Positions 1 through 10,148 of a stretch of 64,000 nucleotides of DNA are shown here, piece after piece. The notes under the pieces were generated by a model, which was not told where the DNA came from, ran no database searches, and was given only the letters and a program-made list of their open reading frames with translations. The stretch is from Cyanobacteria bacterium P01_D01_bin.156. Lineage in GTDB: Bacteria > Cyanobacteriota > Cyanobacteriia > Phormidesmidales > Phormidesmidaceae. The stretch covers positions 1-64,000 of the forward strand of contig JBCCQQ010000014.1 in the NCBI GenBank assembly GCA_039024555.1, read 5' to 3'. Both the position numbers and the translations under genes were made by a program. Position 1 is the stretch's first letter; each line of letters opens with the position of its first letter.

Positions 1-140
1 CGAGCTCCTGTGAGTTTCTGAGCTGCATCTCGAAGGGTCTCTTTTATGGAGGAGTCAAGCATTCGGGGGCCTCAAAACAAGCAGTTAGTCATACATGGTC
101 TATCTCTTAAAATACGGGTAATCTATTTTTTGGCAAGCTC
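1..140 (-). mobile_element. Probable left end of an ISAzo13-family insertion sequence; transposase 5' fragment at 62..1 runs off the window
   Basis: Minus-strand ATG at 62, with GAGG upstream, reads MLDSSIKETLRDAAQKLTGA. This resembles cyanobacterial ISAzo13-type transposase N-termini as I recall them. A candidate terminal IR (GAGCTTGCCAAAAAATAGATTACC) starts right after the kinase stop codon. Only 20 codons are visible. Confidence 0.5.
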
Positions 141-1970
141 CTAACCCCGAACCAACACCATAATTTTGCCGTCATCAGTTCGCTGCACCATCCCCACAAG
201 TTCACCAGCTTCGAACGTGCTTTCTCTGATATCAGTGCTGTTGTAAACAGCCTGCAATGCCTGTCTAGCACCAACAGCATTAGCATCATTTAGCCACGCT
301 TTAAGGGTTGCATCCATAAATTCCATCCCAAGCTCTTGGTTAAAGTAACCTTCCAGCTGAATGATAGATTGTGTCATACAGCCATATACAACCGTCATAT
401 GCAGCTGTTCAGGAACAACTGTATAATCTTCTATCCAGATATCATGATCATTGGCCCAAACAGCCTGGAAGTGACGCCCACCCTCTAAGGGTCCCCCAGG
501 TTTCTGATGTGTTTTCCAAGTATCTCTACGCTCATATCCCTGAATCGTACTATCCCCAAAACGAGTGACGACAGGAGCTTGGGGATCATACATATTCTTT
601 TTGTTACCCGTCCAGTCGCTTGCCTTAAGACTACGCTTGGTCAAATTTAAAGGGCTTAGTTGACTATCGATTTTTAACTCCTCGACTGCGGCTGTCGTAC
701 GACTAATTTCCATTGAGAGAATATCTGCAAGGATTGAAGTGGCTTGCCCATAGGCACTGGTACCTGCAGGGATACTTAAAAGGTCAGCCGCTGCTGCCCG
801 AAATTTTTCTGTTGCTCCACGATCCTTAACAGCCTCTAAATTAGACGCTTCACCAACCAATTTTTGAACGTCTAGTAGTCTTGCTTGAGCATCGTCATCT
901 GTTAGTCCAGAAACCTCTGCAACCGCTACATCAGCTGAAACCACTGCTGTAGCTCTAGGTGGTGCCTCTACTTCAGGAATATCCTCCACAGCTACCCTCA
1001 AAGCGCCCATCTGCACACCGATTGCTCTGACGGAAACCGAGACTAAAGCAATGGCGGCGGCGGCCCCCCAAGCAAATAACCACCAAGGCTTTCGCACAGC
1101 TGAAACGGCAGTTGCTGCCGACGCAACCTTTGGTGATAAGGGAACTTGTCCAGCATCGCTTTCCAACGCTAGTAAATCTTGTTGCATCGCAGCAGCAGAC
1201 TGGTAACGGTCGTCAGGGCTAACCTGGGTCGCTTTGTCTAGAATGGCGGCGAACTTCTCATTGATAAAGGGGAGGTGTTTACGCCATGGTAACTGAGAGG
1301 TGAGAGGCTCACTATCCATATCCCGAGGCAGTTTACCAGTGAGCGCATAAATGGCGACCATTCCTAGTGCGTAAACGTCACTGGATGCATGAATGGAGCT
1401 ACCAGTAACTTGCTCAGGGGGCGCAAATCCTGGTGAATAGGCATCCGCTGAACTAGATATCTCAGTCGTCTTAGTCTCGACCTGTGGCGTTTGATTGATT
1501 AAACCAAAACCAATCAAAACAGGTTTATTATCTTTTATACGAAGGATGATGTTCTCTGGCTTGATGTTGCAATGTATAATCCCCTGTTCGTGAATGTATG
1601 TCAGAATCGGCAGCAGCTCCACAAGCACCCGATAGGTTTCTTTAGCAGATAAATTAAGGGTACGTTTTACCTTTGCTCCTAAGGTTTGACCATCAACCCA
1701 TTCCTGCACAAGATAATGTTGATGGTCTTCTTGAAAATAGCCATAAAGGTCAGGGATCTGATCGTGAGCAAGTTTCTGTAGTGTTGTCGCCTCCTTTTGA
1801 AACTGTTCGGAGGCCACCGTTTGATGCGATTTGCTTTGGGAATCCAGGTGAAGGTACTTCACCACACACAGACGCCTTGAAGGCATATGGGTATCTTTTG
1901 CAAAAAAGGTTTCACTAAATTCACCAGCTCCTAGGGAATCTATAACGTGGAAACGATTATTCAAAAGCAT
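141..1970 (-). CDS. Membrane-anchored Hanks-type Ser/Thr kinase-like protein, probable pseudokinase
   Basis: Kinase motifs GAGEFSET, CVVK, APPEQ and SDVYALG; TM helix WWLFAWGAAAAIALVSVSV; C-terminal extracytoplasmic domain. HRD appears as HCN and DFG as GFG. Confidence 0.85.
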   Translation of the reverse strand: MLLNNRFHVIDSLGAGEFSETFFAKDTHMPSRRLCVVKYLHLDSQSKSHQTVASEQFQKEATTLQKLAHDQIPDLYGYFQEDHQHYLVQEWVDGQTLGAKVKRTLNLSAKETYRVLVELLPILTYIHEQGIIHCNIKPENIILRIKDNKPVLIGFGLINQTPQVETKTTEISSSADAYSPGFAPPEQVTGSSIHASSDVYALGMVAIYALTGKLPRDMDSEPLTSQLPWRKHLPFINEKFAAILDKATQVSPDDRYQSAAAMQQDLLALESDAGQVPLSPKVASAATAVSAVRKPWWLFAWGAAAAIALVSVSVRAIGVQMGALRVAVEDIPEVEAPPRATAVVSADVAVAEVSGLTDDDAQARLLDVQKLVGEASNLEAVKDRGATEKFRAAAADLLSIPAGTSAYGQATSILADILSMEISRTTAAVEELKIDSQLSPLNLTKRSLKASDWTGNKKNMYDPQAPVVTRFGDSTIQGYERRDTWKTHQKPGGPLEGGRHFQAVWANDHDIWIEDYTVVPEQLHMTVVYGCMTQSIIQLEGYFNQELGMEFMDATLKAWLNDANAVGARQALQAVYNSTDIRESTFEAGELVGMVQRTDDGKIMVLVRG

Positions 1971-2428
1971 CTTAATATCAGCCTATTTCAGTGAGTGGGA
2001 ATCGTACTGTCGTATGGGGAGGACATTCTGGAGCCCTTACAACAAACCATCAGAGTTGCTGTAGCTCATATAGGGAGTGACCTGATTACCTAAAAAAAGT
2101 TCTCTACGTAAATACTCTGTTCAGGTCAGAAAGAATCAAACACTTTGCCAGCCAATTACTGAAAGAACAACTTCTGTAGACGATGGTAGAAATACAACAC
2201 TTTTAAGCGTTCTCTAAATCAGTAGTCTCAGGTTATTTCCTTTTACCTAGAACCGAATTTAGTCATCTTGAGTCAAGACTCGCACCATATCTAACTACCT
2301 CTATTTCATATAGAATAAGCTTTCCAGAGTCATTCAGAGAGTTTCAACATATCTTCACCATTGAGATACAACAGCAAGCCCGACATCACCCCAAACTTTA
2401 AGAGCTCTCAACTCAGCTCTCACTACCA

Positions 2429-2485
2429 TGAGATTTACATGAGAACAATCTTTCCATTTCTCAGGTTGTTCTCATGTAAATCTCA
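2429..2485. repeat. Perfect 20-bp inverted repeat with 17-nt spacer
   Basis: TGAGATTTACATGAGAACAA (2429-2448) pairs with TTGTTCTCATGTAAATCTCA (2466-2485). Confidence 0.9.
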
Positions 2486-2756
2486 CCTAAATCTTCAAGC
2501 TTTAGTTTTTAGGCAGAATATTGACTCTGCCGTGTAATATTTGACACCGACTGATTTATGAAACAAGTGGAGAAAAAATAGCAAAATATCTCAAGATGAA
2601 ACACGTCCTGAATCCATACCTTACGTAGCAAACGATATATCTAGAGCTCAAGGGCTTGCTCAAGAGCGCAAAGCTTGATGCGGGCTAAACCTAGATTCGC
2701 TTTAGCCTTAACTATGAAGCATGTCTGATGGCTTACAGAGAGCGTAGTTGTCCCCA

Positions 2757-2797
2757 TAAAGAAAGGCTTTCTCCACAGGTGTAGATCGGAGAAAGCC
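2757..2797 (-). terminator. Rho-independent terminator downstream of cyclophilin gene
   Basis: GGCTTTCTCC/GGAGAAAGCC stem followed by a T-rich tract on the minus strand. Confidence 0.65.
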
Positions 2798-2841
2798 CAA
2801 GATTCAAAATGAACGCTGACGTGAATTAAATTCTCTCTAAA

Positions 2842-3261
2842 CTATTCTTGGATAGTCACTGACAAAATTTTATCGCCAGCTTTAATGGCATTAACAACAT
2901 CCATATCAGCTGTTTGTCCAAAAACGGTATGTACACCATCTAAATGGGGTTGGGGAGAATGACAGACAAAGAACTGACTACCACCGGTATCACGCCCGGC
3001 ATGGGCCATGGATAGGCTACCTGCCTGATGTTTTTTAGGGTTGATTTCACACTTAATTTTATAACCAGGGCCACCGGTTCCCGTGCCATTAGGGCAACCG
3101 CCTTGGATAACAAAGTTAGGAATCACCCGGTGAAAATTCAAGCCGTCGTAAAAACCGTCTTTAGAAAGTTTGACAAAGTTTGCCACCGTATTGGGTGCAT
3201 CGCTGTCAAAGAATTCAATATTGATGGTCCCCTTATCGGTTTCCATGATTGCTTTAGTCAT
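2842..3261 (-). CDS. Cyclophilin-type peptidyl-prolyl cis-trans isomerase
   Basis: [34 protein letters not shown] and [10 protein letters not shown] cyclophilin motifs. Confidence 0.95.
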   Translation of the reverse strand: MTKAIMETDKGTINIEFFDSDAPNTVANFVKLSKDGFYDGLNFHRVIPNFVIQGGCPNGTGTGGPGYKIKCEINPKKHQAGSLSMAHAGRDTGGSQFFVCHSPQPHLDGVHTVFGQTADMDVVNAIKAGDKILSVTIQE

Positions 3262-3427
3262 TCAGGCATCCTCGTAGTGAAAAGTGGGTAACCGTACACC
3301 AACGGTAGGTCGTATTTAAGAAGAAACGCGGTTACGGGCAAAAGATTATAACCCTTGCCTATGATGGCAGTAAGGGCAGCTAGGCTCAAGCTACGTATTG
3401 TTTAGAAATTTGGAGATTAGTAGTGGC

Positions 3428-4294
3428 CTAGCGACGACCCTTTTTGGAGGTTTTTTTGACCTTTTTAGGGGCTTTTTTAGCTCCCTTAAAACGACTCAGG
3501 CCAGCATTTGCTGCGGCGACAACTCGACTATCAGTATCTCGTAGAGCCTGACGAAAGAACGGTAGAGCTTTAATAGAGCCAGATTCTTGAAGCGCCGTAA
3601 TTGCGGCTAAGCGAACATCAGCATCATTATTTTTGAGCAGTTTTCCCAGCTGGGGGATGGTGCGAATTGCCTCCTTGGGATTAATGGCAGCCGCTTTACC
3701 CAGCTCAGTCGCTCGACTAACCATAACGGCACTGGCGGACGAAGCGGATGGCGGACGTTTTTGGCTAGTGCTGGAGGCTGCACCAGAAGCGGTAGCAGGG
3801 GGGTGTAAAGTCGGGTTTTCAGCAATAACGGGCTCTACAGCCGCTGGTGCAGCAATGGCCTCATCAGTCCACGGGTCTGGAATTTGACTAAAACTAGCAG
3901 TTGGGGAGGGTGCCTCGGCCGGCGTGATATCAGCTGGAGGGATCCTGTTATCCTCCGGAGTTGGCGTGTCAGAGTTATCTTCAGTGTCTGGAGCAAAGTT
4001 ACCTAAAGCCGCAATCCGGGCCTCGTACTCAGCTTCAAGATCAGCAAGCTGTTCTTGATGAGTATTTTGGTAACGCTCAATTTTGGAAGCTAATTTCTGC
4101 TCGTAGTCAGCTTCCATTTTGCCTAGCGCTGCGCTAAGTTCCTGAGCGTGATCTTCTTGTACTCGGTTGAGCCGGTTTAAGGACTGTTGCAGGGCATTAT
4201 CTTGGCGGCGAATAATTCGCTGCATAAAAAAGGCGGTGATACCTGCCCCGATACCCATCCCGATCAGTACGCCAATCCCTGCCGATATTGCCAT
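3428..4294 (-). CDS. HEAT-repeat protein with N-terminal TM anchor, coiled coil and Pro/Ala-rich linker
   Basis: Hydrophobic N-terminus; DADVRLAAITAL and DTDSRVVAAA PBS-HEAT-like repeats; basic tail. Confidence 0.75.
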   Translation of the reverse strand: MAISAGIGVLIGMGIGAGITAFFMQRIIRRQDNALQQSLNRLNRVQEDHAQELSAALGKMEADYEQKLASKIERYQNTHQEQLADLEAEYEARIAALGNFAPDTEDNSDTPTPEDNRIPPADITPAEAPSPTASFSQIPDPWTDEAIAAPAAVEPVIAENPTLHPPATASGAASSTSQKRPPSASSASAVMVSRATELGKAAAINPKEAIRTIPQLGKLLKNNDADVRLAAITALQESGSIKALPFFRQALRDTDSRVVAAANAGLSRFKGAKKAPKKVKKTSKKGRR

Positions 4295-4482
4295 AGCAGC
4301 GTTTCCTTTTGAGTTATTTCAGGACCAGGTGGATTATCCCCCATGATGGCCAAATTTGATCCCTGCATGTATTACACCTCGTTACACTATGACGGCATAG
4401 TGATTTAATGTGTTCTGCTTCAAATAATTTGCATTAACGTGTAGGTATCACTATTGTTTCTATCTGAGGGAGATGACTATCT

Positions 4483-4911
4483 TTGACTGAGGCAATCGAA
4501 TTAAATACAAAGAGCGCGATCGCAACTAACCCAACCGACGAAGACGCATTGGCATTAGCTATGGCCATTGCCAACGCCGCCGATGACCGCAAAGCCGATG
4601 ACATCGCTATTTTGCAAGTTGGAGACGCTTCCTACCTTGCTGATTACTTTGTAATCGCCACTGGCTTTACCAATGTGCAGGTTAGGGCAATTGCTCGCTC
4701 CATTGAGTCTACTTTAGAAACCGACTATGGCCGTTCTGCGCTACGTACGGAAGGGTCTGATGAAGGTAAGTGGGTGATCTATGACTATGGTGAGGTCATT
4801 GTCCATATTTTCCAACCGCGAGAACGCGAGTATTACGATTTGGAAGCCTTTTGGGGACATGTACAGCGCATAGAGTTTATCCCCAAGCCACCGCCGGAGT
4901 ATCAAGCTTAA
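4483..4911 (+). CDS. rsfS: Ribosome silencing factor RsfS (Iojap)
   Basis: DRKADDI, ADYFVIATG, WVIYDYGEVIVHIF and REYYDLEAFW motifs. Confidence 0.95.
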   Translation: MTEAIELNTKSAIATNPTDEDALALAMAIANAADDRKADDIAILQVGDASYLADYFVIATGFTNVQVRAIARSIESTLETDYGRSALRTEGSDEGKWVIYDYGEVIVHIFQPREREYYDLEAFWGHVQRIEFIPKPPPEYQA

Positions 4912-4972
4912 AGAAGACCAAGATTCTTTAAGAATTGTGTCCTATGATGTTATTAATTTGTGGCCACTGGTT

Positions 4973-5470
4973 ATGAAAAAATCTGCGCATCGCTGCCCCG
5001 TTCCGGCGGAGCAGCTTCCTATTCGAGAATATGAAGATATGCGAGATTCCTGGTTCTACAGCTGGGGAGCTCGTGATTTGCGTGGATATGTTGTACCAGT
5101 TCTAGTGATTTGGGTGCTTAGCTGGTTGGTTTCAGGACCAATTGCTGCCGCTAGCTTCGAACCCGTAGCGGCCCCAAGTAAATTTTTGATTACAGCCGCC
5201 TTGGGTGCACTGGTGATTCCCACACTCACGTTGTTACAACTGTACGTAGGTTGGACTCATATAAGACAACGCTTACAGATTCGCGATCTGCCCTATGAAG
5301 AGTCTGGCTGGTACGATGGCCAGATTTGGACTAAGCCTGACGATGTTTTTAATCGTGATCGTCTGATTGTTGACTACCAGGTCAAACCTATTTTGCTACG
5401 CTTGCGCAATACCTTTGGGATCATAGCTGGCTGTCTAGTATTTGGATTATTAGGGTGGTCTTTAGTTTAG
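4973..5470 (+). CDS. ycf36: CGLD27/Ycf36 (DUF1230) family membrane protein
   Basis: CPVPAEQLPIREY and YEESGWYDGQIW motifs; in the usual cyanobacterial rsfS-ycf36-asparaginase order. Start placed at ATG 4973. Confidence 0.85.
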   Translation: MKKSAHRCPVPAEQLPIREYEDMRDSWFYSWGARDLRGYVVPVLVIWVLSWLVSGPIAAASFEPVAAPSKFLITAALGALVIPTLTLLQLYVGWTHIRQRLQIRDLPYEESGWYDGQIWTKPDDVFNRDRLIVDYQVKPILLRLRNTFGIIAGCLVFGLLGWSLV

Positions 5471-5522
5471 ATTTTTAGGGTTGTCACTCTGACAATGCTC
5501 ATCGCTGTTTCAATCAAAATTT

Positions 5523-6476
5523 ATGCCTAGGCCAAGCCGTATTTCTACTGCTCCCCTATCCGTTCAACTTTTGAGGGAAGGCATTGTTGAGTCTGTTCAC
5601 CAGGTCCATGCAGCATTAGCTGACAGTCGCGGACGACTACTGTCAGCAGCGGGAGATGCTGATCACGCCAGCTTTATTCGTTCTTCGTTAAAGCCATTTC
5701 AGGCCATGGCTATCACCTCTACCGGGGCGCTAGATGCCTATAAGCTTAGCGATAAGGACTTAGCCATTATCTGTGGTTCCCACAAGGGCCTGACCTATCA
5801 GGCGCGTCAGGTGTTTGGTATTCTGTGGCGAGCTGATTTGGAACCCACTTGTCTTCAATGTCCTATTCCTGAAGGTAAGCAGAGTCCACTAGAGCATAAT
5901 TGTTCTGGCAAGCATGCCGGCATGTTAGCGGTGTGTAAGCATCGAGGTTGGGAGCTGGGCACCTACCTTCGCCGGAATCACCCCCTACAAAAACTTATTC
6001 TCGATCGGTTTGCAGGACTTTTAAGTATGCCATCCGATGAGTTTATTGGTGCCCATGACGACTGTGGCGCTCCCACGTATTTTATGCAGCTGAGGCAGAT
6101 GGCAACCCTTTATGCCAAGCTGTCGTCGGGCGAGAGTTTGGAGATGGAGCGTGTGGTGCGCGCCATGACACAGCATCCAGACATGGTATCCGGCCCTCAG
6201 GCATTTGATACAGAACTAATGCGTTTGACCAGTGGCACTATCCTGAGCAAGTCTGGCGCGGAAGGGATCCAGTGTATTAGTCGAGTCGGTGAAGGCATGG
6301 GGTTAGCTCTCAAGGTAGCGGATGGTTCGAAGCGGGCTAAATATGCGGCGGCCCTACATGTGTTGCGTCAGCTGGGATGGATTTCACCCGATATTGCGGA
6401 TACGTTGGCGGAATCCTATCTAAACCTAAGTGACTATAAGCGGCTAGATATGGTTGGCGAAGTTACACTCGCCTAA
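5523..6476 (+). CDS. L-asparaginase II family protein
   Basis: RSSLKPFQA, HNCSGKHAGML, DDCGAP and SKSGAEG motifs. Confidence 0.9.
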   Translation: MPRPSRISTAPLSVQLLREGIVESVHQVHAALADSRGRLLSAAGDADHASFIRSSLKPFQAMAITSTGALDAYKLSDKDLAIICGSHKGLTYQARQVFGILWRADLEPTCLQCPIPEGKQSPLEHNCSGKHAGMLAVCKHRGWELGTYLRRNHPLQKLILDRFAGLLSMPSDEFIGAHDDCGAPTYFMQLRQMATLYAKLSSGESLEMERVVRAMTQHPDMVSGPQAFDTELMRLTSGTILSKSGAEGIQCISRVGEGMGLALKVADGSKRAKYAAALHVLRQLGWISPDIADTLAESYLNLSDYKRLDMVGEVTLA

Positions 6477-6593
6477 GTCTTGATTGATAGGCGTTTTGGG
6501 CAAACGATACTGAAAAATATTCAAAAACTGAGAAATCTAACCAAAAAAGTGTTGCAGTTTACACATTGCCCCGCTATATTAGTAAAGCGCTAA

Positions 6594-6670
<77 letters not shown>

Positions 6671-6676
6671 AAAAAA

Positions 6677-6717
6677 AATAAAAAAGGATTGAGTAACATA
6701 CTCAATCCTTTTTTATT
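6677..6717 (+). terminator. Rho-independent terminator after tRNA
   Basis: AATAAAAAAGGATTGAGTA pairs with TACTCAATCCTTTTTTATT. Confidence 0.85.
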
Positions 6718-6985
6718 GGGAAGCTTTTTTATCTCGCTGAGAGCGACAGTCGCAGCGTTGCGGATCCTCCCCTAAATCATCATCAATGGCGAAGACATAG
6801 CCTGACTCATTTACGTGAGACCACCAAGTAGGGTCAGTTTGCTTAGCGAACACCAAAATTGCGTCGCAGCGTTGTTCCAATAGAGTTGACAGCTGCCATA
6901 CAGCCGGTAGTTTGCCCTATGTTCGCTCTTGACGACGGGCAGAGAATGTTAACTTAAGTAAAGTGACGCTCTGTTGTTCTTTTCT

Positions 6986-7546
6986 ATGGTTTCTCTCTTA
7001 TCAGCCCGTCGTTGGGTTTGCTGCGTTGGCCTATCAATACTATTAATCTGTGGGTCGCTCTTGGGAAATACTTCCCCTGCCTATGCATTGGGAGGTCCTC
7101 AAGTACCGTTGGGAGAACCGGCACCTCAGTTTACGCTGCCAACTAATGTGGGTGATGGTGATATTTCCCTGTCAGATTATTTAGGACAGTGGGTTGTCCT
7201 TTATTTTTATCCCAAGGATTTTACGCCTGGATGCACCCTAGAAGCACAGCGGTTTCAGCGGGATTTGCCAGACTTTATTGCTCGTAATGCCCAGGTCATT
7301 GGGGTGAGTGCGGACGACGTGGATAGTCATGCGGAGTTCTGTGACTCAGAGGGACTGAGATTTCCATTGCTGGCAGATGCGGATGGTTCGGTAAGCCGCG
7401 CCTATGGGTCTTGGATGAGGCCTATGTCAATGCGGCATACGTATTTAATCGATCCAGATGGTCTGATGCGCGATCGCTTTTTAGGGGTGCGTCCTGCTAT
7501 CCATAGCCAAGAGGTTTTGGCTCGGTTGGACGAACTGCAGGTGTAG
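6986..7546 (+). CDS. Peroxiredoxin Q / BCP family, with N-terminal signal-like peptide
   Basis: LYFYPKDFTPGCTLEA peroxidatic motif; hydrophobic leader ending in AYA. Confidence 0.9.
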   Translation: MVSLLSARRWVCCVGLSILLICGSLLGNTSPAYALGGPQVPLGEPAPQFTLPTNVGDGDISLSDYLGQWVVLYFYPKDFTPGCTLEAQRFQRDLPDFIARNAQVIGVSADDVDSHAEFCDSEGLRFPLLADADGSVSRAYGSWMRPMSMRHTYLIDPDGLMRDRFLGVRPAIHSQEVLARLDELQV

Positions 7547-7600
7547 ATGCGTTGAGCTTCCTAAGGATGTTGCAGATAATATCCCTCTAGGGATATGTCC

Positions 7601-8338
7601 CTAGAGCATGGCCTTAAAGTACTCGCGACGCATGGTTGCGATCGCATCGATAGAGATGCCCTTGGGACAGACAGCCTGACATTCCCCATGGTTAGAGCAG
7701 TCCCCAAACCCTTCTGCGGACATTTGCTCAGTCATGTTAAGCACCCGCTGCGGTCGTTCTGGATGGCCCTGGGGAAGCAGTGCTAGATGAGACACCTTGG
7801 CTGCTGTAAACAAAGATGCAGACGCATTAGGGCAGGCCGCGACACAGGCTCCGCAACCAATACAGGTAGCATAGTCAAAAGCAGTTTGAGCGTTGTCGTA
7901 GGCAATAGGTATACTGTTGGCCTCCGGCGCGGCCCCTGTTTGAACAGAGATAAATCCTCCTGCAGCCATAATTCGATCCAGTCCACTACGGTCTGTGACT
8001 AAATCTTTGACAATCGGCAATGCTTTGGCACGCCAGGGCTCTGTAACGACGGTTGCCCCATCTTGAAAGTGACGCATGTAAAGCTGACATGTGGCAGTAT
8101 TTTGCTGGGGACCATGGGCCTTGCCGTTGATCATCAGGCCACAGGAACCACAAATACCTTCTCTACAGTCGTGGTCAAATTCTACTGGGGCCTGTCCTGA
8201 CCTAACTAGTCTCTCATTTAATAAATCCAGCATTTCTAAAAAAGACATATCTGGAGAGATTTGCGAGAGGCTGTACTCTTCTAGCTGCCCTGGCTGCTCG
8301 GGGCTAGCCTGTCTCCAAATTTTCAGCTTTAGCCGCAT
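7601..8338 (-). CDS. sdhB: Succinate dehydrogenase/fumarate reductase iron-sulfur subunit
   Basis: CREGICGSC (2Fe-2S), CIGCGACVAACP and CSNHGECQAVCP cluster motifs. Confidence 0.92.
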   Translation of the reverse strand: MRLKLKIWRQASPEQPGQLEEYSLSQISPDMSFLEMLDLLNERLVRSGQAPVEFDHDCREGICGSCGLMINGKAHGPQQNTATCQLYMRHFQDGATVVTEPWRAKALPIVKDLVTDRSGLDRIMAAGGFISVQTGAAPEANSIPIAYDNAQTAFDYATCIGCGACVAACPNASASLFTAAKVSHLALLPQGHPERPQRVLNMTEQMSAEGFGDCSNHGECQAVCPKGISIDAIATMRREYFKAML

Positions 8339-9075
8339 AGGTTTTAGTCCATCGATAGCCTAATCATACGACCCGTCATACGGAATTGCTATTAACTGGA
8401 GTGTAGTTTATGGCAGCCCAGCCTTGTGACAAGTTGCCACAAGGCTGGGCCGGACAAGGGATATGGCTAATATCCGTAAAACTATGGAGTACCCCAGTAG
8501 CATTTCCAGGTGAAGTTAGATAAAATTCCCTTGATATTACTATCGTATTTGTTAAGGCTGTCTCCTAAGCTTAAAAACTAAGGGGACAGATTTATTGAAA
8601 CAACCTACTATATAAATCTCCGACATCATGATTAATCGTATCTACAGCAGCCTCCAGTTAGGTATCATTATTCTGAAAACCCTAAAGGCTGTCGTTTTTC
8701 AAAGCTCAGATAAACCATTTTGGGAATGGACCCAGCTGAGTATCAAAGAACTACCCAATCCCGAATCCCAAGAGCAACAGTCTTACATAGCAGTACCGCA
8801 AACCTCTGCTCATCAGCAGTTCTGACATTTCTAAATGCCTTGAAAGGTCTATCTGTATCAAGAAGTACGGTATAGATAGGTCTTAGACATTGGGAAAATG
8901 CTTCCTCACCCCTTCCCCTCTCCATAGGGTGAAAATATCTGATTTTGCCCGGACTGCCTGGAACAGAAATTAAATAGGACTTTGGGTTTAGTCTATGCAA
9001 GACGTCGTAGGCCGCTCTCATGTTTGGGGCCTGCGACGTCACAAAGTCGTCTAGACAGTATTCTCTAGACGGTTT

Positions 9076-10044
9076 CTAGCAGCAACCGCCGCCATCGTAA
9101 AACCAGGTTGATGAGGTTAAAACAATATCTTCGGGGAAACGATTGGCCAAATTGTTGGCGGTTTTGTCGCAAACGGCCAGTGGTACACCAGGCTGCATAA
9201 TGTGTCCAGCATTGTCGTCTAAGAACTCTTTAGTGCCCGCATAGACAGCTGTTTTACCCGTAAATACACAGGCTCCGTCCTCGGGAATGGGGACTTTGAA
9301 AGAGACTGAGTCTAGACTTTCCAACAACAATGGCTGGTCTAGTTTATAGGTATCTTTGCCCAATAAACGGTAGGGACGGCGGGCACGCACTTCTACCTGG
9401 CCAAACCCAGTATCAACCAATGCCTGGATATACTCGTCATAGGTGAGTGCACCGGACAGACACAGAGCACGCAAACGCTCATCCTGTTGCAAGTGTACTG
9501 GCATGGGTCGGGTGGCAATGGGATCGCTCATCACTAAACGACCACCGGGTTTAATCACTCGATAGGCCTCTTTAAGGGCACGAATTAAATCAGCTGGCTC
9601 AAAGATATTAAACAAACAGTTCTGGGCCATGACATCAATAGAGTTGTCAGGCAGGGGCAGGTTAAAGGCATCGCCGTTACGGATATCGACAAAACTGGTG
9701 TCAAACCAATCATTTTCTTCAGCTGCGATCGCAAGATTGCGCTGAGCGGCATCCCGCATAGCGTCTACCGGGTCAACGGCAATCACGGCCTGGGGACGTC
9801 GAGAAAAATAGGCAAACTGCAGGGCTTCAATACCGCCACCAACACCGACATAGAGAACCGTAGGCTCTCCTGATAATTCGGAGGGATGGACGGTTGTACC
9901 ACAGCCATAGTTCATTTCCTGCATCAGGGTAGGAACATTCAGCCCTGGTAGTTGTAATGGAGTACTTTGGACACAGCAAAGACCCACCATCGGATCTTCG
10001 GCCACATCACTGTAGAACTTAGCTGTCGTTTCAAGATAACTCAT
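9076..10044 (-). CDS. arsM: Arsenite S-adenosylmethionine methyltransferase, cyanobacterial arsenosugar type
   Basis: N-terminal GLCC, NYGCG, SAM motif VGVGGG, QNCLFNI, and C-terminal GGGCC typical of cyanobacterial ArsM. Confidence 0.88.
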   Translation of the reverse strand: MSYLETTAKFYSDVAEDPMVGLCCVQSTPLQLPGLNVPTLMQEMNYGCGTTVHPSELSGEPTVLYVGVGGGIEALQFAYFSRRPQAVIAVDPVDAMRDAAQRNLAIAAEENDWFDTSFVDIRNGDAFNLPLPDNSIDVMAQNCLFNIFEPADLIRALKEAYRVIKPGGRLVMSDPIATRPMPVHLQQDERLRALCLSGALTYDEYIQALVDTGFGQVEVRARRPYRLLGKDTYKLDQPLLLESLDSVSFKVPIPEDGACVFTGKTAVYAGTKEFLDDNAGHIMQPGVPLAVCDKTANNLANRFPEDIVLTSSTWFYDGGGCC

Positions 10045-10148
10045 GTAAATCTCCTGTCGGGCGGGGATGTCTGATTGTAGGTGGATAGGCTTTTGTTATT
10101 AACCCTCAAGCAGCTGAAAATCTGCTGAAAATCCGCTGAACCTGGCGA

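Noticed and set aside
6735..6880. 12-bp direct repeat GTCGCAGCGTTG and a weak stem downstream of the tRNA
   Set aside because: It does not match the tRNA 3' end (not an att site) and is too short to support an element or ncRNA call.
7601..8338. sdhB without sdhA/sdhC
   Set aside because: Dispersed sdh genes are normal in cyanobacteria.
8743..9042. 99-aa minus-strand ORF downstream of arsM
   Set aside because: The GTG start lies at a terminator-like hairpin with no RBS, and the product has no recognisable features.
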